Origin: the human T2T-CHM13v2.0 reference genome, Homo sapiens
NCBI RefSeq assembly: GCF_009914755.1
Contig: NC_060935.1
Reading direction: 5' to 3' (one strand)
Length of the DNA stretch: 64,000 bases
Shown here: positions 57,880-64,000 of the stretch, piece by piece
Numbering within the stretch: position 1 is the stretch's first letter
How the letters are laid out: the number at the start of each line of letters is the position of its first letter
Translations under genes and position numbers: made by a program
Notes under the pieces: model-generated
What the model was told of the DNA's origin: nothing
Seen by the model: only the letters and a program-made list of their open reading frames with translations
The model's database searches: none

Positions 57880-58980
57880 CAGTGGTTCTCAACCAGGGAT
57901 GATTTTGTTATCCCCTCACCCTCATGACTCTTCGCAGTGTTAGACACATCTTTGGTTGTCACAACTGGGGAGGGGTGCTATTGGCATCTAGTGGGTAGAA
58001 GCCAGGAATGGTGCTAAGCATCCAGGTTAGTTTCATATTGCTGCATAACAAATTACCATGAACTTAGTAGCTTAAAAAGCACATGTTTATACCTGATAGT
58101 TCTGTAGGTCAGAGGTCTGATGGGTGGAGGAAGTGGTGGGGGCCTGACCAGCTTCTCTGCTTGGAGTCTCAAAGAGATGAAATCAAGATGAAAGCCAGGC
58201 TGGGCTCTTATTTGGAGGCTCTGGGGAAGAATCCACTTGGAAGCTTATTCACATTTGTTGGCAAAATTTAGTTCCTTGAAGTTGTAGCACTGAAGTCCCC
58301 ATTTCCTTGCTGGCTGTCAGCCAAAGGCTGTTCCCAGCGCCTAAAGGAAACCCACACTGGTTTGCTTGTGGCCCCTCCATCTTCAACATCAAAAATAGCA
58401 TGTTGGATCCCCCTAGTGCCTTGAATCTCTGACTTCCCTTCTTCTGCTAGGCAGGAGGAAAAATAACCCTCTTCTTTTGAAGAGCTCACTTGATTGTATC
58501 AGGCCTATTGGAATAATCTCCACATCTTAAGTTTAGCTATTTGGGACTTTGATTACATCTAAAAAAATTTTCATCATACCATCCAACCTGGGCAATATAG
58601 TGAGACCCTCCAGCTCTACCCAAAAATAATTTTAAAAATTAGCCAGATATTGTGGCACATGCATGTAGTCCCAGCAACGTGGTGGGGCTGAGGCAGGAGG
58701 ATTGCTTCAACCTAGGAGGTCAAGGCTGCAGTGAGCTATGATCACACCACTGCACTCTGGTCTGGATGAAAGAGCAAGTCCGGGTCTCAAAAAAAAAAAA
58801 GTCACAAAAATATCTAGATTAGTTTTGTTGTTAAATAACCATTGGATTTAATGATTTAATCTTGTGGGACTGTCTTTGGAATCCAGCTAACCACAACAGC
58901 CTACAAGGCACTAGACAGCCTCCCACAACAGAGAATTATATGGCCCCAAACTCCTATAGTGGCAAGGTTGCAAAACCCTG
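57880..58980 (+). mobile_element. MER20 split by an MLT1 LTR (~58025-58895, minus), which is itself split by a 5'-truncated AluJ (~58577-58800, plus)
   Basis: MER20 5' part cagtggttctcaacc...gctaagcatcc and 3' part cctacaaggcactagacagcctcccacaacagagaatta...aaaccctg; MLT1 ttgctgcataacaaattacca; AluJ aggaggtcaaggctgcagtgagctatgatcac. Confidence 0.85.
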
Positions 58981-60464
58981 ATCTAGGCATATCTTTTTCC
59001 AGATGATGGAAGTATTTTCAGTTTATCCTTCCTATGAAAAGCAGATTCACAGCCTCCAACACTTGAAAGAAGCATATGCCACTCGGTTTCTGACCATGAT
59101 CCAGGACTCTCATTATCTAGGATCTGTTCATCACAAAGATCTTATCAAATATTTGACATCTGCTGGTCCATCTATTTTTACCCATCTGCCTCTTTAACTT
59201 CACATCTATCAGTCTACTTAGTTTACATTCTTCTGTTCTTTGACAGGAGTGATAGTTCATTTAAAAATATTAGGAAAAGAGGGAATTGTTAACATTCTCT
59301 TCGTCTGGCCAGATAATCAGAATGTGATCATGTGTGTAACTAGAATGTAAGTTCCCAATTGCAGAGACTTTTCCTTGATCCCTGGTGTAGCAAGCACTTG
59401 ACACAATTTGTGGCACACAGTAGGAACACTCTGGATATTTGTTTAATAAATGAGTTTCCCGGTCTGGCATATTCTGTATCCTATATGTTTTTAAAATATA
59501 TTTTGTCAAAACTTTGGATCAACAGATTTAACTCATTCAATTTGTATAGGATGTCTTCATACAATCTATCAGGCAAATCCAGTTCTAACTGTCAATCTAA
59601 ATAGACAAATCAGGCTTACTGTCTCCAAAAGCAGTCTGGGTCCATTTTTCAATTTAAATAAACTAGAATACTTTTATTCCTCTGACAACCACCTCACTTT
59701 TAAGCTCTAATTCTAAGATAAATTGATACATAGATAGTTTGTCCCCCAGATGACAGCTGTCACCTCTCTCAGGAGTTACACATCCTCAAGGTATTGTTTT
59801 TCGTAGTTTCACAAAGGTTTTCACACCCTGAGTAAACGCACTATAGTTAGGTTGAGAACTGGTGAAACATACGTTTTTCTTTTGTGAAATAGGACAATTG
59901 CAAGGAGAGGTGACAAAAGATAAATTTTAATCCAGATAGATACATTTTGGGGAGAAGTACATATAGAGGTAGAGGACTTGGAAAATAATTCCCTTAAAAC
60001 TATACATATATTCCCCTGGAAAATGTCTAATGTATTCTCAGGGATTGACTCCTCCAGTTTGAAGACTGCTGAGGTATATGATAACCAGCTACATGGTTAG
60101 AAAGATCTTTCCGCTACTGAAATAATGAATTGAAAGAGGCTCCCCATCCTACATCTGTTTCACTACATTTCTGTTCTCTCTTGAGTATGTAGGTTAGGAT
60201 AAATCTATTTTCTATTGACGATACTCCGAATATTTTAAGAGGCTATGCTACATTCCCCACATCTTTCCATCTCTAAGATTAGTATTCCCTTCTCCTTGAA
60301 TTGCTTATCTATCATTGTTTTCAGTCCCTTCATCTTTCTAGTCATCTTCCTGTAAAGGACACTAATACTTATCAAATTTTTTTCTGAATTTTGATGTCCA
60401 AAACAATATAATGCTTCTATTGCCAGGGATAAAATGTCAATCTTAGTAATTTTCTTTATAATGT

Positions 60465-60605
60465 AATGGGCTACTATTTATTGAATGCTTGCTATATGCT
60501 CAGTGCTTAAAATAGCACTGCAAAAAATGATTCTATTATTCCCATTTTGCAGATGAGAAGACTGAACTAGAATAAAACTAGATAACTAGAACAAAGTCAA
60601 GAACT
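60465..60605 (-). mobile_element. MIR
   Basis: atttattgaatgcttgctatatgc...ttattcccattttgcagatgagaagactga. Confidence 0.75.
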
Positions 60606-61074
60606 TCACTCGACCTTTATTATTTATTTACTGGGTGGGGCAGTAGTTAATAGTAACATGACAACATATAAGCATACCTCTGTAGGTATGCAGGGGCCCA
60701 GACTGGAGGAGATATAAGATTAGGCAAAATGTCAAAATCAGCTAAACATTCTCTGGAAAAGTCCCTGTAAATCTAAGAGGAGCCTGGCATATATCATGCT
60801 GCACTGTGATTTAGAATGACCTGCCTTAGTCAAACTAGACTTTGTTCAGTCCAAGGGAATCTGTGGAGATCCTGTAGACTGCTCCTGGTTGGAAGGAAGG
60901 ACCTGAACCATGGGGATTTCCCATCTTCCCTCCTACACTTCAACCAAGCATCTCTGCTTTTCTCTAGCTTTACATAATTACCCCAATCAGAAGTAGACAG
61001 AGGTAAAATAAAAATAAAAATAAGTAAGTGTGTTTGAAAGAGAGAAACAGAAAGGGAAAGAGAGAAAAGCCATT

Positions 61075-61395
61075 AGTCATGAAAAGTAGTCATAAAAAGA
61101 ATTCTGACTTTGGAATCAGTTTACCTGTGTTTCAGCCCAATAATATATGTGGTAATATACTTCTCAGTGGGTTACTTAGACATTGTCTTTAAACACTCTG
61201 AGCTTTAGTTTTTTCACATTTCTTATAGCAGGTACTCAGATTTTTGTTGAACAAATGAGTAAATGAATAATTTTGTATTTTGGCAAAAATAACCTTACGA
61301 GGTTGTAGAGAGGATTAATGCTAATATAGGGTTTACTATAGCCTGGTACATAGTAGGTGTTTTGCAAATAAGGATAATAGCTATTATTATTATTG
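61075..61395 (+). mobile_element. MIR with a short L2-like tail inside
   Basis: gactttggaatcag...ggttgtagagaggattaa...gcctggtacatagtaggtg...tagctattattatt; internal ttgttgaacaaatgagtaaatgaat. Confidence 0.65.
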
Positions 61396-62246
61396 ATTCA
61401 ATGCTGCTTAGATTTAGGTACAGGTGCCCATGTGGCACTTTTATCTAAGTTAGATCGAGATTCTTCATTAAACTTGAAAGCAAATATTAAATGCTCTTAA
61501 ATATTTGGAACATGCTTATGTCCAGAGGGGCTTTCCCATTACAAGGGAAGATTATAGGAATCTCAGGAGCTTCTTGGTTCTCTACTCTTGGGAGTGTGGC
61601 TTGTGAAGTTTGGTGGCGAAAATAGTGGCAACAATGGTGTTGTCTGGAAGAAGCCTTGCCATTCAGCCAGATGTGCCAAAAATCATGTGGCAACTCAGTG
61701 GGATCAATTCCTGCAGTCCAAGAGGTGCCCATATTTGCTGTCATTGCTCTTCCTTGGGTTTAAAACACACTACCCAATGACATCCAAATCTACGTATTTA
61801 GTACATTTGTCCTCTGGGTAAGAATAAATTATGAACCTACTGCCTATTCTTGAAAGAGAAAAGACAAAAAAGGGTACTATGCTTTTGATCTGAAAACTAA
61901 TGTCTTTAATCTACCTAAATCATTGCTAGTTAAATACCATTTTCTGGTGAATCACATTTATCTGCTGTAGAGTATAAGTTCTCCAGATTAAGATCTTGTC
62001 TTTTCATAGGGTGTATAAAATAATGCACACAGCTTTAGCACTCCTGGTATAACAGATGGCTATCATTTGTAACAAAAGAATAACATTGGAAGCCTTCTGA
62101 CATGTCCTAGAAGCTTGGTGTGCAAGAAGAATCCCATTACATACATATTGTAATCCCATTACAACATGTTGTAAAGGTATATTCCCCATAGGGAAAGCCC
62201 AATAACTAATTCCTTCAAATCTAGAAAACAGACGACTGAGAGTTAA

Positions 62247-62586
<340 letters not shown>

Positions 62587-64000
62587 AAGAGTTAATTCTA
62601 ATTGCATAAAAATTCTTTGCTTTACAAAATAACATTTTTTAAAAAATTTTTTATTTTTTGCTAAAGAGTCTCTTGAAATAGCCAGATCTCTTTTTGGAGA
62701 ATCCAAAATTGGATTTGCTTTACAAAATGTTTATTAGACTCAACTTTTCAGGAGCAAAGCGAGTGTGAAAAAATGGGACATTGCCTGTCAGGCATCAATG
62801 GTAAAGTGTCACTTAGTCACAGCGTAAAAAATAAATAAATAAATAAAAAGGCTCACCATTCCATCCCCTAAGCCCACCAAAGTCAAATTGTCCAAATGTG
62901 GCAGGTGGCTATTGCAGGCATCTGGTGCTCTCATTCCAGTCAGGAAGGTGAGGCTAGCATTGGGGTGGGGGCGGGGGGCAGACATCAGTAACTGTATGAC
63001 CCTAAACACAGAGTCCGAAGAAGGGACCCCCAGATTACAGACAGCCTTTCCTCCACATATCAGACCCTCTTTCTTTACAAATACAGCAAATACAAGCAGA
63101 TAACTGGGCATCAGTCATTTCTGATGCATTGCAGGAAAGAGCAACAACATACACTGTATCATTCAATTTATCAAGTAAACTACAGGCACTGTGCTAGACT
63201 CAAAGATAGAAAAGAAGACAGGGAGCAAAGAAGAAAACGCACGTTTAGTAAGACACCTGAGTGCCTTCAAAGACCATGCAATGTCTTTAGGTACTGTTCC
63301 CAGCTAGCTTCTCCAACAGAAAAATGAGCATACTCCATTTCAAAGCTGGATTCTGTAACCAAATGCACTATTCATATTTTTCCAAGGCTCCTAAACCAAT
63401 AGTTAACTAGTCTCTTCCAAGATTTAGGGAGGCTGTTGAATTCTTTTCTGGAAGTTCTATGTATTTTGCTAAAAGTTGTGCTCCAAACACTTTACCAAGA
63501 ATTAGGGTCAATGAAGGGGTACTTTGTGCAAGCTACAAATACTTGGAATTTTCATAAGGCAGTTCATTTCTGCCTTCCTGTGAATAATTTCATATTTCTT
63601 CCTTGTAAGACTAGGGTTTGTGTGCTCATGAGTGTCTAGATTGTCAGAATAGAAGGAGTGTTTAATACATTGAGTGGGTCTGGGGCCTGGAGATGAAGAT
63701 GTGAGGGATGCAAGAAGGAGGATCTTGAATCAGATGGAGCGAAAGATAACTTGGAAACTCCAGTGGAGAAAAATGGCTAATTTGGATTGTTTAATTTGTT
63801 CAGGTTTGTGTTTTGGGTTCTGTCACACTTATGTTGAGAAACGTCCCTGCCATCTCTCTAATGCACGCAGTTTATGTTCAGAAACGGGCAGCACAGAGAG
63901 GAATTAGCGGTGGGGGAAATTTTCATCACCACCGGTGATGTGTGCACCGATGGTAGATGGCTATCCAGAGTGTAAAAATGTGATTCTGGGACCAAAGGGT

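Overview
This is primate (hominoid-type, since it carries AluY and a young L1PA2-like element) non-coding genomic DNA: AT-rich, CpG-poor, with no CpG island and no cellular protein-coding exon that I can support. It is probably intronic or intergenic, and I cannot name the locus. Much of it is transposon-derived: L1 of several ages, Alus, MIR, L2, MaLR and ERVL LTRs, hAT/Tc-Mar MITEs and microsatellites. The only real coding sequence is a frameshifted L1 ORF2 (44.2-47.3 kb). I see no novel multi-gene system. The best signals are fossil mutational structures: (1) a ~365-bp-arm inverted duplication of apparently non-repeat DNA at 18.8-20.2 kb, and a second of similar geometry at 54.0-54.8 kb; (2) a TSD-flanked, tailless 5' tRNA-Val fragment at 55.05 kb; (3) a cluster of A/T->G/C substitutions inside the young L1 at 45.5-45.8 kb, resembling GC-biased gene conversion; (4) a ~230-bp twin-primed (5'-inverted) L1 at 17.9 kb; (5) a template-switch hairpin inside an Alu at 8.08 kb. 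Repeat subfamily names come from my recollection of consensus sequences, and identities were counted by eye. Both need RepeatMasker/alignment confirmation.
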